DNA from: Gammaproteobacteria bacterium
GTDB taxonomy: Bacteria; Pseudomonadota; Gammaproteobacteria; UBA4575
Length of the DNA stretch: 64,000 bases
Direction of reading: 5' to 3'
NCBI GenBank assembly: GCA_965243395.1
Contig: CBDEUS010000002.1
Span: forward strand, 320,001-384,000
How positions within the stretch are numbered: the first letter of the stretch is position 1; each line of letters opens with the position of its first letter. Made by a program: the position numbers and the translations under genes. This document shows positions 11,481-21,808 of the stretch, one piece after another. Below the pieces are notes generated by a model, which was not told the origin of the DNA, did not search any database, and saw only the letters and a list, made by a program, of their open reading frames with translations.

Positions 11481-12074
11481 TTAATTTCTAATTACGTGTC
11501 TAAAATCCGTGGCTACAGTTGCTCTTGCATTACTCGGACCTACACCTTCTGATACAACTTGTAAAATGGTGCGAAAGCCGCCATTACCGCCACCTTTACC
11601 AGCACCTTCGCTACCGCTAGCGAATCCAATTGAGCAACCACTACATGCTTCTGTTTTTAGTGAGAAAACTGATACTTCTGCAACTAATTCAGATGCTTCG
11701 TTTGTGCCATTAGAGTTTTCATCAAAATAAAACTCAGCATCGCTTTCAGGGTTAGCTACTGTTTCACCTGTTTCGTTTTCAGAAAGCAGATCCAATCCTG
11801 ATACACCGTCATTATCGAGCACAACCAAGCCGCTGTCGGTTGTTACATCAGTCCAGCCGTATTCTCTTAGATGCAATCCTAAAACCTGTGTAATAGACGC
11901 TCTTCCACTTTCACTATGTTCAAATGCATATTTCTTAAAAGCTGTATTTGTACTCATCCGATATTCAAGATTACTTGATTGCATTGCACCGACACCCAGA
12001 ACAGTGAGGATCATTACAAAAATTAATCCAGCTACTAGGACATTTCCTTTTTGTTTGATAAATCCCATGTTCAT
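11481..12074 (-). CDS. pilX: PilX-like minor pilin
   Basis: QKG|NVLVAGL with no Glu5 (PilX hallmark); position in operon. Confidence 0.85.
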   Translation of the reverse strand: MNMGFIKQKGNVLVAGLIFVMILTVLGVGAMQSSNLEYRMSTNTAFKKYAFEHSESGRASITQVLGLHLREYGWTDVTTDSGLVVLDNDGVSGLDLLSENETGETVANPESDAEFYFDENSNGTNEASELVAEVSVFSLKTEACSGCSIGFASGSEGAGKGGGNGGFRTILQVVSEGVGPSNARATVATDFRHVIRN

Positions 12075-12077
12075 TTT

Positions 12078-13070
12078 TTATGTCCTTACACGATTGCGAA
12101 TTTGTATGAGCTTGCGTAGTTGCTTTCGGTGAAAAGCTTGACCAGAAGTTGGGGGAGTAAAATCTACACCACCAGTAGCAGCGGCCCCTCCAGCTAATTG
12201 ATAAGTTGTTGTATCGGATATTGAATGATCTTGTGAAGGAGCGCGAATCACCATATCTAAACTTATGGCCACTACCTGGGACCAGTCACTTACTGCACCT
12301 GCACTCAAAAATTGGTCTGCAACCGTATCGCTGTCCGTATCTACTCCGTATGTATATTGAATCTGTTCAACACCATCGGCTAATACTTCTGACTGCAAAG
12401 CATTACCATTTAAAGTTAACCGCCATAAGCCTGGGATGTTATTGGTGCATGCATTGTCACTGCAGTTACGAACGTAATAGGCTTCTACTTTATATAAATG
12501 ATTTCTTGCAGCATTTGATGAAGGTATGCTTGTATTAGTGATTGCACTTGTAAATAATTCTGCGCCCGTCTCTGTCTCAGTACGTACATATACATTTGAT
12601 GCATTCACATCTGCATCGGCTACTGCTTCCCCTTCTGCATATCGAAGAATAAGAACATCGGTATTAGGTTCGTATGTGTTAGCCCCGAAACAACCACCAA
12701 TCGAAGTAATACCAGATTGCGCTGATGTGCCATCTTGTCCAAATACTGGTTGGCTTGCATTTAGTATCCACGTACTGTCACAAGAACCAGCACCTGTTAA
12801 ACCGCTAATGGTTGTGCTTGTTACTGAAGTTGCAGATATACCTCCCCAATGATCGGCCATCTGGATACTATTTGTTACCGTTTCCAGAATTTGTCGGCCG
12901 AGCTCTTGCAGAATACTAAAATCCTCACGAACTCTGTATGTCTCTTTACTTCCTACATACACATTCACAATAGCGAGCATCAGGATCAAACTAATCGCCA
13001 TAGAGACCATTAATTCTACAAGCGAGACCCCTTTACAAAATTTGAATTTGTTTTTACGACTTAATTTCAT
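12078..13070 (-). CDS. pilW: PilW-like minor pilin
   Basis: KG|VSLVELM, GVEQIQYTYGVD, C-terminal IQIRN. Confidence 0.92.
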   Translation of the reverse strand: MKLSRKNKFKFCKGVSLVELMVSMAISLILMLAIVNVYVGSKETYRVREDFSILQELGRQILETVTNSIQMADHWGGISATSVTSTTISGLTGAGSCDSTWILNASQPVFGQDGTSAQSGITSIGGCFGANTYEPNTDVLILRYAEGEAVADADVNASNVYVRTETETGAELFTSAITNTSIPSSNAARNHLYKVEAYYVRNCSDNACTNNIPGLWRLTLNGNALQSEVLADGVEQIQYTYGVDTDSDTVADQFLSAGAVSDWSQVVAISLDMVIRAPSQDHSISDTTTYQLAGGAAATGGVDFTPPTSGQAFHRKQLRKLIQIRNRVRT

Positions 13071-13084
13071 GTGTTAATACGTTT

Positions 13085-13555
13085 TTATGGTAAAAAATCT
13101 AAAATATATGATTTAGGAGCCGTGCCACCCGACTCAACATCATTCCAAAGAACAGTAATTTGAAAACGGCTTCCAACTCTAGTTACTGTCCCTGTTGAAC
13201 CAAATAATGTGTTATTCATTCCATTCCATTCAGCATGATCCATTTGTGCACGCTGTTCAGATGTGCAAGTTGAAGTAATGCAATCAGGTTTAGTACCAGA
13301 AAATAAACCGGACATATTGTTGTAATAACCGCCGGTTGTTGTATCTACCATTTCAGCAGGGTTTGCACGAATTCTCTCGGCCATATCCTGTGCTTGCTGT
13401 GTAGCAATAGACAACATATATGAATTTTGTGTGTATCGAACACCCAACGTTTGTAGAGCTGCAACACCTAGAATGCCAACACTAATTACGACAACTGAAA
13501 TTAACATTTCAATTAATGTAAAACCTTTGTTGTTAGATATTTTCTTCATGGGCAT
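13085..13555 (-). CDS. pilV: PilV minor pilin
   Basis: KG|FTLIEML, GILGVAALQ, ERIRAN. Confidence 0.92.
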   Translation of the reverse strand: MPMKKISNNKGFTLIEMLISVVVISVGILGVAALQTLGVRYTQNSYMLSIATQQAQDMAERIRANPAEMVDTTTGGYYNNMSGLFSGTKPDCITSTCTSEQRAQMDHAEWNGMNNTLFGSTGTVTRVGSRFQITVLWNDVESGGTAPKSYILDFLP

Positions 13556-14085
13556 GTTCCAGATTTAGTAACACGCGGGTTTCCAAGTGGGCTAAATGAC
13601 AGTTCCCGTGTGTATTGATCATTATTATTTGCATCACAAAACTTAAAAGACGCAGCACTTGAGCTAATTCTTCCGTCAGAAGAATATGAAAATGAAGCAA
13701 GCCCGCCGCCGCCGGTTTCAGTTAAAGAAGCACCACCTGTAATTCCATCATGGCTACGGATTAATTCATTCGCATCATAAGCACCATCTTCATCTTCATC
13801 GGCAAACATTACCCAACCATCTGCCCATCCGGTTCCTGAACTTCCACAAGGTGAAGCTGCTGCAGGGTTACCGCTCCAGCACATAAATACATCTCTGTTT
13901 CGCTTTACTGCTTCACTACGGGCATACAAAATCGCAGCATGAAAGTTATTTGCCTGAGATGTAATGCGATTATTATTTATAAATGAACCAAAAGATGGCA
14001 CTGCAACTGATATTAATAATGCTAATACCAGTAAAGCCATCATCAATTCAATAATTGTAAAACCACGTTGTAGTTGCTTATTCAT
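13546..14085 (-). CDS. fimU: FimU/FimT minor pilin (ATG at 14085 preferred over the track's TTG at 14094)
   Basis: RG|FTIIELM, ARSEAVKR; the start aligns with the paralogue starting at 4858. Confidence 0.88.
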   Translation of the reverse strand: MNKQLQRGFTIIELMMALLVLALLISVAVPSFGSFINNNRITSQANNFHAAILYARSEAVKRNRDVFMCWSGNPAAASPCGSSGTGWADGWVMFADEDEDGAYDANELIRSHDGITGGASLTETGGGGLASFSYSSDGRISSSAASFKFCDANNNDQYTRELSFSPLGNPRVTKSGTCP

Positions 14086-14408
14086 AATCTTCAAATTAAT
14101 TATTTCGATGTAAGAGGATTAAACCTCTCTCGCCTAACAATACGAATTACTCTACATTGATAATTAAGGATTTTTCGCGAGTGCGTTGTAACTCGCTTGG
14201 ATTCTCTGATGAGCGGAAGTAAAGATTTACTGCATCAAAAATAGCGCAACATTTTTATCCGATGAGTGGTAAAACAAAAATTTTTTGTGACTAATTTAAA
14301 AAAAATACACTGTATTTTTTACGATTTATGACATGTAATTTTTTTTACCGCGCAAACTATTTATTTTCCTTAGAGTTTAAATAAAGCAGCTAAAAATACA
14401 GATAAATA
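14060..14408 (-). repeat. Duplicated fimT/fimU 5' end and upstream region (copy 2)
   Basis: Homologous to 4833-5081, with about 100 extra bp in the middle. Confidence 0.9.
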
Positions 14409-14460
14409 GGCGGGGGATAAACGCCGATCGAACGCAGCCAGGTGCTAAATTATGTGCCAT

Positions 14461-14871
14461 CTACCATTTTGCAGCAGGTGTCTTCACATTGCGTGAATTG
14501 TATGTAAGATTGCCATCGCTGGCGTGGCCCGCTTGAGCAACTGCCGTCAATAATACGCAATCCGCTATAGGTGTCGGGACATCACATATTGCAGCCGACA
14601 CTAAATAAAACCCTTTTTCCGAACTAACCTGCCCTCCACCTGCATCATCGAAACCTAATTCACCAACTAAATTTGTGGTGTAGGTGCCCTCCGAAGAATG
14701 AAACTTTTGCTCTTCATGCATAATTTCCAACAATATTCTTTTACCGTCAGAGCGTCGATTTTCTGCAGACTGTGATTGATAAATTGGGTATGAAATTGCA
14801 ACCAATACAGCAAGTACGATCAGCACGATCATTAATTCAATTAAGGAAATACCAGAAGAATAGAGCTTCAA
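14461..14871 (-). CDS. pilE: Type IV minor pilin PilE-like (cassette 2)
   Basis: SG|ISLIELM, YPIY...RRSDG; follows pilY1. Confidence 0.88.
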   Translation of the reverse strand: MKLYSSGISLIELMIVLIVLAVLVAISYPIYQSQSAENRRSDGKRILLEIMHEEQKFHSSEGTYTTNLVGELGFDDAGGGQVSSEKGFYLVSAAICDVPTPIADCVLLTAVAQAGHASDGNLTYNSRNVKTPAAKW

Positions 14872-14892
14872 AATTGCTTAATTAAGTTTGAC

Positions 14893-17800
14893 TTAATTCA
14901 AAATCTCTTTCCAAGAATGTCGACCTAGCAAGACACCGTTGTTTAACGCAGGGTTAATTAAAATTCTATCCACGCTTCCATTCGCTAACTGCGTTACACG
15001 ATAATCGCCAATGAAATTATTATCACTGGGCGCACTTTCAAACTGGGTACCAACAATGACATTGGCAAGATTATTCACTCCATTTAAATTATCGTTTAGA
15101 TCAAATACGCCATCAATATTAATATCGAAAATTACGTTAATACCAACACCGCCAGTCAACGCATCTACACTCAAGCCAAACCCGCCTGCAGGTGGTGCGC
15201 AACTTGTGCCATCTTGTGGAATAACAGTATTAAAAAATAGCTGGCTAGTACGTAGTTGCAAACTCCTGACGGGTCGCTCGCCAGGAAATTGCACACCCGT
15301 TGTTGACCCGGGTGGTGGTATATCAAAATCGATAAACCATCCACGTACTTGATTCGCACCAGAATCATTATACAAAACAGGATTGTTGCTAACTGTACGC
15401 ACTACCAGACCACTATCATTATCCACTGTAGTAATAAAATTTTGTTCGACTAATTGAGAGGGTGAACTATATTTAGTGATGGTAGAAGTATTGCCCGTTG
15501 GATTGTCCCAAAGTCCATATATAGATTGTATCTCCGTACTGATTGCATCATCTGTAGTGAAATAACTGCCTGTGCCAACGATTACCACAAATCCACCACT
15601 AGGATTGGCGATTACAGTGGGTCGTGTAGTGATGGGTTGAGGGGTTGATACAATAGGTGAGCCAGACTCATATGTCGCAGTAAACAGTGTTCTTTCAATA
15701 TTCCAACTTGATGGATTCGTGCTAGTAAGATCAATGATGTAAACATTGCCTTGTAAATCTCCTGCATAAGCACGATCTGCAGTTCCATTGCCATCGGTAT
15801 CAATAACGGTTATACCGCTAATACCATTCGGTGTTGTGCCATCTGCACTAGTAGACTTACCCACGCCCGTATCAATTTTGATGAAGTCACTACCCGGGCT
15901 CCAACCATTGTAGTCATTGTCTAAGAACAAAACATAGATTATGGCGTTGCCATTTGCGCTAGTGCTGTTAAATCCGTTACCAAAAATAGCAACCCATTCT
16001 TTATCACCCGTTGATGGTGCGTTGCTCATTGCAATCACAGGTTGGCTAAAACTAAAGCCTAAATCAGCATCATCGTTATCAGTAAACTCCCACATCACAT
16101 TATCTTCATCAATACTGGTGGGGTTGGTAATATCTAAAGCAAAATAACCTTTCCCTCCAGCGCCTAAGCCGTTCACTAAAACAGTACGCCATTGCTGTGA
16201 TCCGCCCGTCACAGGATCAATATAGACATCATTCACACTGGGTGTTAAGTCAACATAAAATTGGTGCACGTAGTTAGGATCAGTGTAGTTACCGATTTCA
16301 TTAAACAAAACATCAGGAATGTATGCAAAGCGTTCATCTCCTGGATCAGCAGAAGGAGTGTCGTTTACATAGAATGAATGCAACATACCATCATTCGCAC
16401 CTACATAGACGAACTGTTCACGATTTTGATTTGCAGCACGAAATTCAGCGTAGGTATCCCCTGAGCCACTCGGAAATGCTCCGCCAGTGCGATTCACAAA
16501 TGGTGGGTCACCGACAAAAACCGGAGATGAATGCACAATATCGCCTATCTTTCCTCCAGTGGTAATACCATTTACGGTTGAAAGTGCTGAACGTACACGC
16601 ATTTCTCCACCATCAAAATTCGTACCTTCATTACTGGAGTCACCACGTAAATAGTCAATACGTGTTTGTACAATAGGATTAACTGGAGCGGCAGGCACTG
16701 GATTTTCAAGTGCCGTAATTTGAGCAGCAGTTAAATTGCCTAGAACAAATTCAATTCCTTGATCTGCGGCAGGATCAAAACTGAAAATATTTCTAGTGTT
16801 CGGTGCCTGGGTATTTACTTGTGTAGCCGCACTCCACTCAAATATGGGATTACCATTACTATCTTCATTAAAGCTGCCATCAAAATTCACACGTTGTGCA
16901 ACCAGCTCACCTGAATTGTTTGCTAAATTGGAAAAAGTTCTAAACACTAAAGTGTCTTCACGAATACTTTGTGTATTAAAAGCCATGGCGGTTGTAGAGC
17001 CAGTATTTGAAGCAGCACGTGTAAAAGCTGAATCAAGTTCATTCATAATTGATGGAAAATCCTTCTCGCCTGTTGCGGTAATAAAATTTCCTCTACCGTT
17101 ATAAGCTGCATGGCGTAAATCATCAATCACACCCGGGAATGTGGCAGGATCTAACCAACTAAAACTAGTTTTAGCATCCCCAGGGAATGAAGGATCAATA
17201 ATCATATTTAAGTTATTAAATATGCTCACCACATTTGTATTCAAATGTTGCTGCAAGGTATCACCCGCCAGTAATGCTGCAGGAGTGTTTGGATCACGAA
17301 TGAAATCAACACTTGTTGCGGGAACGTTATTATCTAAAAGGGGTTGCAGATCATTTTCATGATAAAAAATTGCAACATCTGCTAATGTATTTGAAAAGCT
17401 ATCCGCAAAAGCTCCGCCATCAAAGTCGCTACTTAAATCATCTTGATCTTCATTTCCTACAGAAGGATCCGGTCCATTATAAAATCCATCTGAAAATATG
17501 AACCCAGTATTGGTCTGACAGGTTCCCCCCGGTGCAATTAATGCTGGACAATCTGCATCACCAGGATTTGAACTGGATGTGCTATTGAAAATATCACCCG
17601 CGGAACATTCAAAATACTCACCAACTTTTTCATATGCCTGGCGTAAAGGTGTAGCGCCTAATGAATTGGCGCTGGCGATTGCATCTAAAAGTGTTCGTTT
17701 ATTTCCAGTTGACGTAGAGAGATTTTGTAAAGCGACGCGTAAACCAGGGCTAACATTTTGGTTGATCGTTGCAAAACCAATACGCGAGGCTGTGTTTCCC

Positions 17801-18627
17801 GCTACGGCATGAGTAGTTAACGCCTTGGCAACATATTCCCGTTTACGATAATAGCTAAACCAGTTTGCAAAATTTTGTTGGGTTGCTGCATCTTGTGCGC
17901 TGACTAAATTTTCTATTTGCTCTCCATCTTCAAAAACACCATCGCCATCGTCATTCCAGTCATAGTATGCAAACCCGTTTCCACTAATTCTATTTCCACT
18001 AATATCTAAACCTGATTCATGGCTAGTCAGGTTGATAAATTCCTGAGGGTTATATGGATTATCCGGTGCATTCGTAACATCTACATCAGCATAGGGATTA
18101 CCATTGATATCCACTCCTGCCCAGGGAATGTAAGTTTTATTTGGATCAAAATATAGAGGGTTGTATGTTGAGTTGCGCACTCTGAATTCTTCATCCCTTG
18201 CAACAAAACAGTTTCGAATAAATGGATCGTTTGCTGGCGCAGCTAAATCCATCGGTTTAAATTCGTTGCTATTAAACGCAACAATATATAAGTACCCACT
18301 TATAAAATCGCCATTTGCAGTGCTCGTGAGTGGGTCGATATAAGGTTGACAAGAAGGTGGCCCGCCAGTTTCAGGAACTCTATGAGTGATGTCAGCAACT
18401 ACACAGCTACCATCCACATTAGCTGAACAAAATGCACCACTATTATCCGGATTTTGGGTGAGCACTTCCCAATCCATGCTGCCAGAATCATCCGTTAAAA
18501 TAAAAACATTAGCCGGGACCGAAGGGGTCAGTTCCAAAGGCACATTGGAAATATTTAGTGGCCCTGCAAGTGCAGTACTACAGAATCCAAAAAATATAAG
18601 TAGATATTTAATGTAGCGCATTACCAA
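14893..18627 (-). CDS. pilY1: PilY1/PilC-like pilus adhesin, 1244 aa
   Basis: DDSGSM, NFANWFSYYR, GDIVHSSP, GANDGMLH, Ca-binding DTDGNGTAD. Confidence 0.94.
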   Translation of the reverse strand: MVMRYIKYLLIFFGFCSTALAGPLNISNVPLELTPSVPANVFILTDDSGSMDWEVLTQNPDNSGAFCSANVDGSCVVADITHRVPETGGPPSCQPYIDPLTSTANGDFISGYLYIVAFNSNEFKPMDLAAPANDPFIRNCFVARDEEFRVRNSTYNPLYFDPNKTYIPWAGVDINGNPYADVDVTNAPDNPYNPQEFINLTSHESGLDISGNRISGNGFAYYDWNDDGDGVFEDGEQIENLVSAQDAATQQNFANWFSYYRKREYVAKALTTHAVAGNTASRIGFATINQNVSPGLRVALQNLSTSTGNKRTLLDAIASANSLGATPLRQAYEKVGEYFECSAGDIFNSTSSSNPGDADCPALIAPGGTCQTNTGFIFSDGFYNGPDPSVGNEDQDDLSSDFDGGAFADSFSNTLADVAIFYHENDLQPLLDNNVPATSVDFIRDPNTPAALLAGDTLQQHLNTNVVSIFNNLNMIIDPSFPGDAKTSFSWLDPATFPGVIDDLRHAAYNGRGNFITATGEKDFPSIMNELDSAFTRAASNTGSTTAMAFNTQSIREDTLVFRTFSNLANNSGELVAQRVNFDGSFNEDSNGNPIFEWSAATQVNTQAPNTRNIFSFDPAADQGIEFVLGNLTAAQITALENPVPAAPVNPIVQTRIDYLRGDSSNEGTNFDGGEMRVRSALSTVNGITTGGKIGDIVHSSPVFVGDPPFVNRTGGAFPSGSGDTYAEFRAANQNREQFVYVGANDGMLHSFYVNDTPSADPGDERFAYIPDVLFNEIGNYTDPNYVHQFYVDLTPSVNDVYIDPVTGGSQQWRTVLVNGLGAGGKGYFALDITNPTSIDEDNVMWEFTDNDDADLGFSFSQPVIAMSNAPSTGDKEWVAIFGNGFNSTSANGNAIIYVLFLDNDYNGWSPGSDFIKIDTGVGKSTSADGTTPNGISGITVIDTDGNGTADRAYAGDLQGNVYIIDLTSTNPSSWNIERTLFTATYESGSPIVSTPQPITTRPTVIANPSGGFVVIVGTGSYFTTDDAISTEIQSIYGLWDNPTGNTSTITKYSSPSQLVEQNFITTVDNDSGLVVRTVSNNPVLYNDSGANQVRGWFIDFDIPPPGSTTGVQFPGERPVRSLQLRTSQLFFNTVIPQDGTSCAPPAGGFGLSVDALTGGVGINVIFDINIDGVFDLNDNLNGVNNLANVIVGTQFESAPSDNNFIGDYRVTQLANGSVDRILINPALNNGVLLGRHSWKEILN

Positions 18628-19160
18628 TCAGCACCAAAAATAGATTGCAGCACCACTTCCGTATTGTTACTACTACCCGTGCCTCGTGCAGTAACACGAA
18701 ACAGTTCTACGGTTTGACCTGCCTGACCTTCACCATAATTTTGTAGAATTAAATCAGGAGCTACTTGAGTGGAAGCGATACGTTGAATTATAAATCTGGG
18801 TCTAACACCGACATTATCAGGTTTGTTAAACGTGGTATGTTGACGTGAATCCGTTGCATCCCAACTCAATGTTGACCATAAATCATCATCTGCGTTGTCG
18901 TACAATCCATCTGAACCATTAGTATCAAAATCAGCAAGACTTAATGTACCTGATGCTAATAAATTTTCGGCTGCGCGCAATGCTGCTTCAGCAGTCTGTA
19001 ATGCCACCAAACTATCTTTTGTGTTACTTGCCATACGAACTTCAAGGGTTGATCCCTGCATACTAGTAATCGCTATAAGTGACATGATTAACAGCATAAT
19101 CAATCCCACAAATAACACTGCACCTTTTTGGGTAAACTTTTTTAGCAATTTCATTTTCAC
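18621..19160 (-). CDS. pilX: PilX minor pilin
   Basis: QKG|AVLFVGL, AEAALR, FRVTARG. Confidence 0.92.
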   Translation of the reverse strand: MKMKLLKKFTQKGAVLFVGLIMLLIMSLIAITSMQGSTLEVRMASNTKDSLVALQTAEAALRAAENLLASGTLSLADFDTNGSDGLYDNADDDLWSTLSWDATDSRQHTTFNKPDNVGVRPRFIIQRIASTQVAPDLILQNYGEGQAGQTVELFRVTARGTGSSNNTEVVLQSIFGADW

Positions 19161-20227
19161 TGAATCCTGTTGCGAATATTGATGGTGGTGTTGACTGCAT
19201 AACGCAGTTTTCTATCTGCCGGGTGCGACACTGTGGTGCTATCTGATATTAAGGTGCCGGCGACATTATATGTGCTCGTATCCACTTGCGCCGCAACCTC
19301 TTCACCTGTTGCCATCAGCAAACCCAGCCGCACGGTTACAACATCTGGCCACTGAACAGCAGTAACATCGTCAGCTGCTTCAAAACGATCAGCTATTTGA
19401 TCACCATCGACGTCCAAGCCATAAAGTATTTGCATAGTCTCAACACCTTCAAGCAGTTCTTCTTCTCGCATTTGTGCTGTTTCAATGCCGCCAATGTTTC
19501 TGGCTTCAAAGAATAATTTTTTCAATGAATTTATAGCTGGATTTTGAGTACTGGGTGCAATGAAATAAATTACAGGCTCAAAAGGTGTGATTTGTGCATC
19601 TTCGCCAAAAGTACCAATTGATGTTGTTGCGTTACCTGGAGATATATCTGAATTATCTCCATAACTTAAAGTATTCGCGATATCATCAGCAGTAGAAATC
19701 TGGAATATAGCGGCTTGTCTAGGGTCACAAACAATAGCAATTTCTCCGTCTTGAAAATCTCCGCCAGGACCTGAATCAAAAGTATTTTGTAAAGTTAGAA
19801 CACTTCCACCTGAGTTATGAAAAGTTATACTTGATGTATAGTTACTTCCTTTTAAGATCGCGATTGCGTCACTACCTGCAACAACACTGCCTGTAATTTC
19901 TGGCGGAAAAGTGCTTGAACCCCCTTCAAAACCACGAATACCAAAATCAAAATAATCTAAAAACCAAGTTGTGCTGCCATTTATTGCATTGGTTGTAGAA
20001 GGAGGAAATCGACAAGGCATATACCCTGCCATACGAATATCTTGTGAAATAAATTCCAAACTAAAACGTAAGCTTTCCTGCAAACGCGATAAATTATCTG
20101 TCATACGATAGGTTTCTTTGCCACTGATGTACATTGCGGTTACGCCACTCACTAAAAATAAACCGAGCAGCAGTGCCACCATTAACTCAACGACGGAAAA
20201 ACCTTTTTGTTTTGAACTGTGATTCAT
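19157..20227 (-). CDS. pilW: PilW minor pilin
   Basis: KG|FSVVELM, DIRMAGY, GVETMQILYG, INIRN. Confidence 0.93.
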   Translation of the reverse strand: MNHSSKQKGFSVVELMVALLLGLFLVSGVTAMYISGKETYRMTDNLSRLQESLRFSLEFISQDIRMAGYMPCRFPPSTTNAINGSTTWFLDYFDFGIRGFEGGSSTFPPEITGSVVAGSDAIAILKGSNYTSSITFHNSGGSVLTLQNTFDSGPGGDFQDGEIAIVCDPRQAAIFQISTADDIANTLSYGDNSDISPGNATTSIGTFGEDAQITPFEPVIYFIAPSTQNPAINSLKKLFFEARNIGGIETAQMREEELLEGVETMQILYGLDVDGDQIADRFEAADDVTAVQWPDVVTVRLGLLMATGEEVAAQVDTSTYNVAGTLISDSTTVSHPADRKLRYAVNTTINIRNRIQ

Positions 20228-20739
20228 AACTCGGCCATAATCATGATTGATTCAACGGGATTAGTTCCTTGCTGCCATTGCACGGTAACTTCAACGTCAT
20301 TTCCATTTCTCTCGACTATGCCATCACCATTCGGTAAAACCGATGTCATATTTAGCGGTGCGACACAGGCAGGATCATTGGTGAAAGATCCCAGCGAGCA
20401 CTTCCATTGAGTAATTTCAAAAGTTGCAAGCTGGTTAGGTGTGCAATTTGCTGTAGTTGTTTGGCAATTTGTAAACGTACCGGGAATATTGGTAAGCGAG
20501 GTGTCATAAGCACCACTATTAAACCCCGTAGGATTGGCACGCATTTTATCGATCAGATCATACGCAAAATAACTCGCTTGCGATTGTAAATAAGCGTTGT
20601 AACTACTTTTCATACTAAATAACTGCATACCTGCCATGCCTAACAATCCAATAGATAAAACCGCAAGTGCGACCAACACTTCCATTAACGTGAATCCTTT
20701 ATGCTGTTTTTGTTTCGTATACATGGTTATGGAATACAA
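20224..20739 (-). CDS. pilV: PilV minor pilin (true start probably about 20724)
   Basis: KG|FTLMEVLVAL, GLLGMAGMQ, DKMRAN. Confidence 0.93.
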   Translation of the reverse strand: MYSITMYTKQKQHKGFTLMEVLVALAVLSIGLLGMAGMQLFSMKSSYNAYLQSQASYFAYDLIDKMRANPTGFNSGAYDTSLTNIPGTFTNCQTTTANCTPNQLATFEITQWKCSLGSFTNDPACVAPLNMTSVLPNGDGIVERNGNDVEVTVQWQQGTNPVESIMIMAEL

Positions 20740-21323
20740 GTTGTAATTGGGTTACCAGGTGATTCTTCTGGCACACCATTACTATCTAAAGGTGCTAATC
20801 TGGTTCTGCCATTGTTATTGATAAATATAGCTCGTGATTTATTTAATAAATTGTTTTTACATAAAACAATTCGTCCATTTTGTGCTCTACCTTTGGCGCT
20901 GTAATCAAATGAACTTAAACCTCCAGCGCGCATTGTATAGTTATTTGGCAATCCTTCGTTTACTCTGATTAACTCTTCTCCTGCATCTGCATAATCTCCA
21001 TCACCATTACTGTCGAAAAATATAATCCAGCCATCTTCATAACCCACACCACTGCATGTGGCACCGTCGTTGCTGTGGCAAACAGTAACATCACTATTAC
21101 GCCGTATGGCTTCACTACGTGCAAAGTTCAATGTGGAGACAAGCTCATTTATGTGAGCCGTTAACTGATTCCTCTCAATGACTCTTCCAAAACCGGGGAC
21201 ACCAAGGGTCAACACAACTGCCGCTACAGCAATTGCGATCATGAGTTCAATTAAGGTAAAAGCAGATTCGTGTTTTTGCATATCCATAACATGCGAACAC
21301 ACGACGTGAAGATAACAAGCCAA
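20727..21323 (-). CDS. fimT: FimT minor pilin (true start probably 21287 or 21281)
   Basis: A|FTLIELMI, ARSEAIRR, GWIIF. Confidence 0.9.
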   Translation of the reverse strand: MACYLHVVCSHVMDMQKHESAFTLIELMIAIAVAAVVLTLGVPGFGRVIERNQLTAHINELVSTLNFARSEAIRRNSDVTVCHSNDGATCSGVGYEDGWIIFFDSNGDGDYADAGEELIRVNEGLPNNYTMRAGGLSSFDYSAKGRAQNGRIVLCKNNLLNKSRAIFINNNGRTRLAPLDSNGVPEESPGNPITTCIP

Positions 21324-21620
21324 CTCCTCTGTAGCAGGCTTATTCCATGTTTTATATTTTCAGCGACGCAATTGAATTGCGTCCAATCCTTCCTGACTTA
21401 CCCGCCGCGATCACTCGCGATCTCATATATTATTAACTCACAACTCTCAGCACATCCGGTGCTTATGAATTAGTGTATATCTATTGTATTAGGTTCTTAC
21501 ATTAAATTCTTGTTCTGAGAGAAAAGAATTACACTACGTTCTATGTTGTTGCTGTGTGGAGAGTTTTTATCCTTATAGAACATAAGGTCTAGAGGTAAGA
21601 TACAAACTTTTAGCTAGCAG

Positions 21621-21660
21621 AAATAAAAAACCCACGGCGGTGATACCGTGGGTTTAAAAA
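21621..21660 (-). terminator. Rho-independent terminator (potentially bidirectional)
   Basis: AAACCCACGG/CCGTGGGTTT stem followed by a T tract on the minus strand. Confidence 0.8.
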
Positions 21661-21808
21661 GCCTGCTTCCCTGTAGGCTAATGCAAATATATGGTACTGG
21701 TCAGTCGCAGACCAATTAGTGAACCGGTTCACGCTATTCAATCAAGCCAATACCGTAAGTCGATAGTGCAATACCGACCATCATGATCTAAATAATTTGT
21801 GGAAATTT

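Noticed and set aside
14443-14459. Minus-strand TGGCACATAATTTAGC as a sigma54 promoter for fimU
   Set aside because: GG-to-GC spacing is 11 nt rather than the strict 10
16635-16655. RGD motif in the second PilY1 as an integrin-binding signal
   Set aside because: LRGD/RGE at this position is a common structural PilY1 motif (TRGE in the other copy) and gives no independent evidence of host binding
14893-18627. Many antisense ORFs within pilY1 and other long genes
   Set aside because: Shadow ORFs expected from the codon bias of the sense gene
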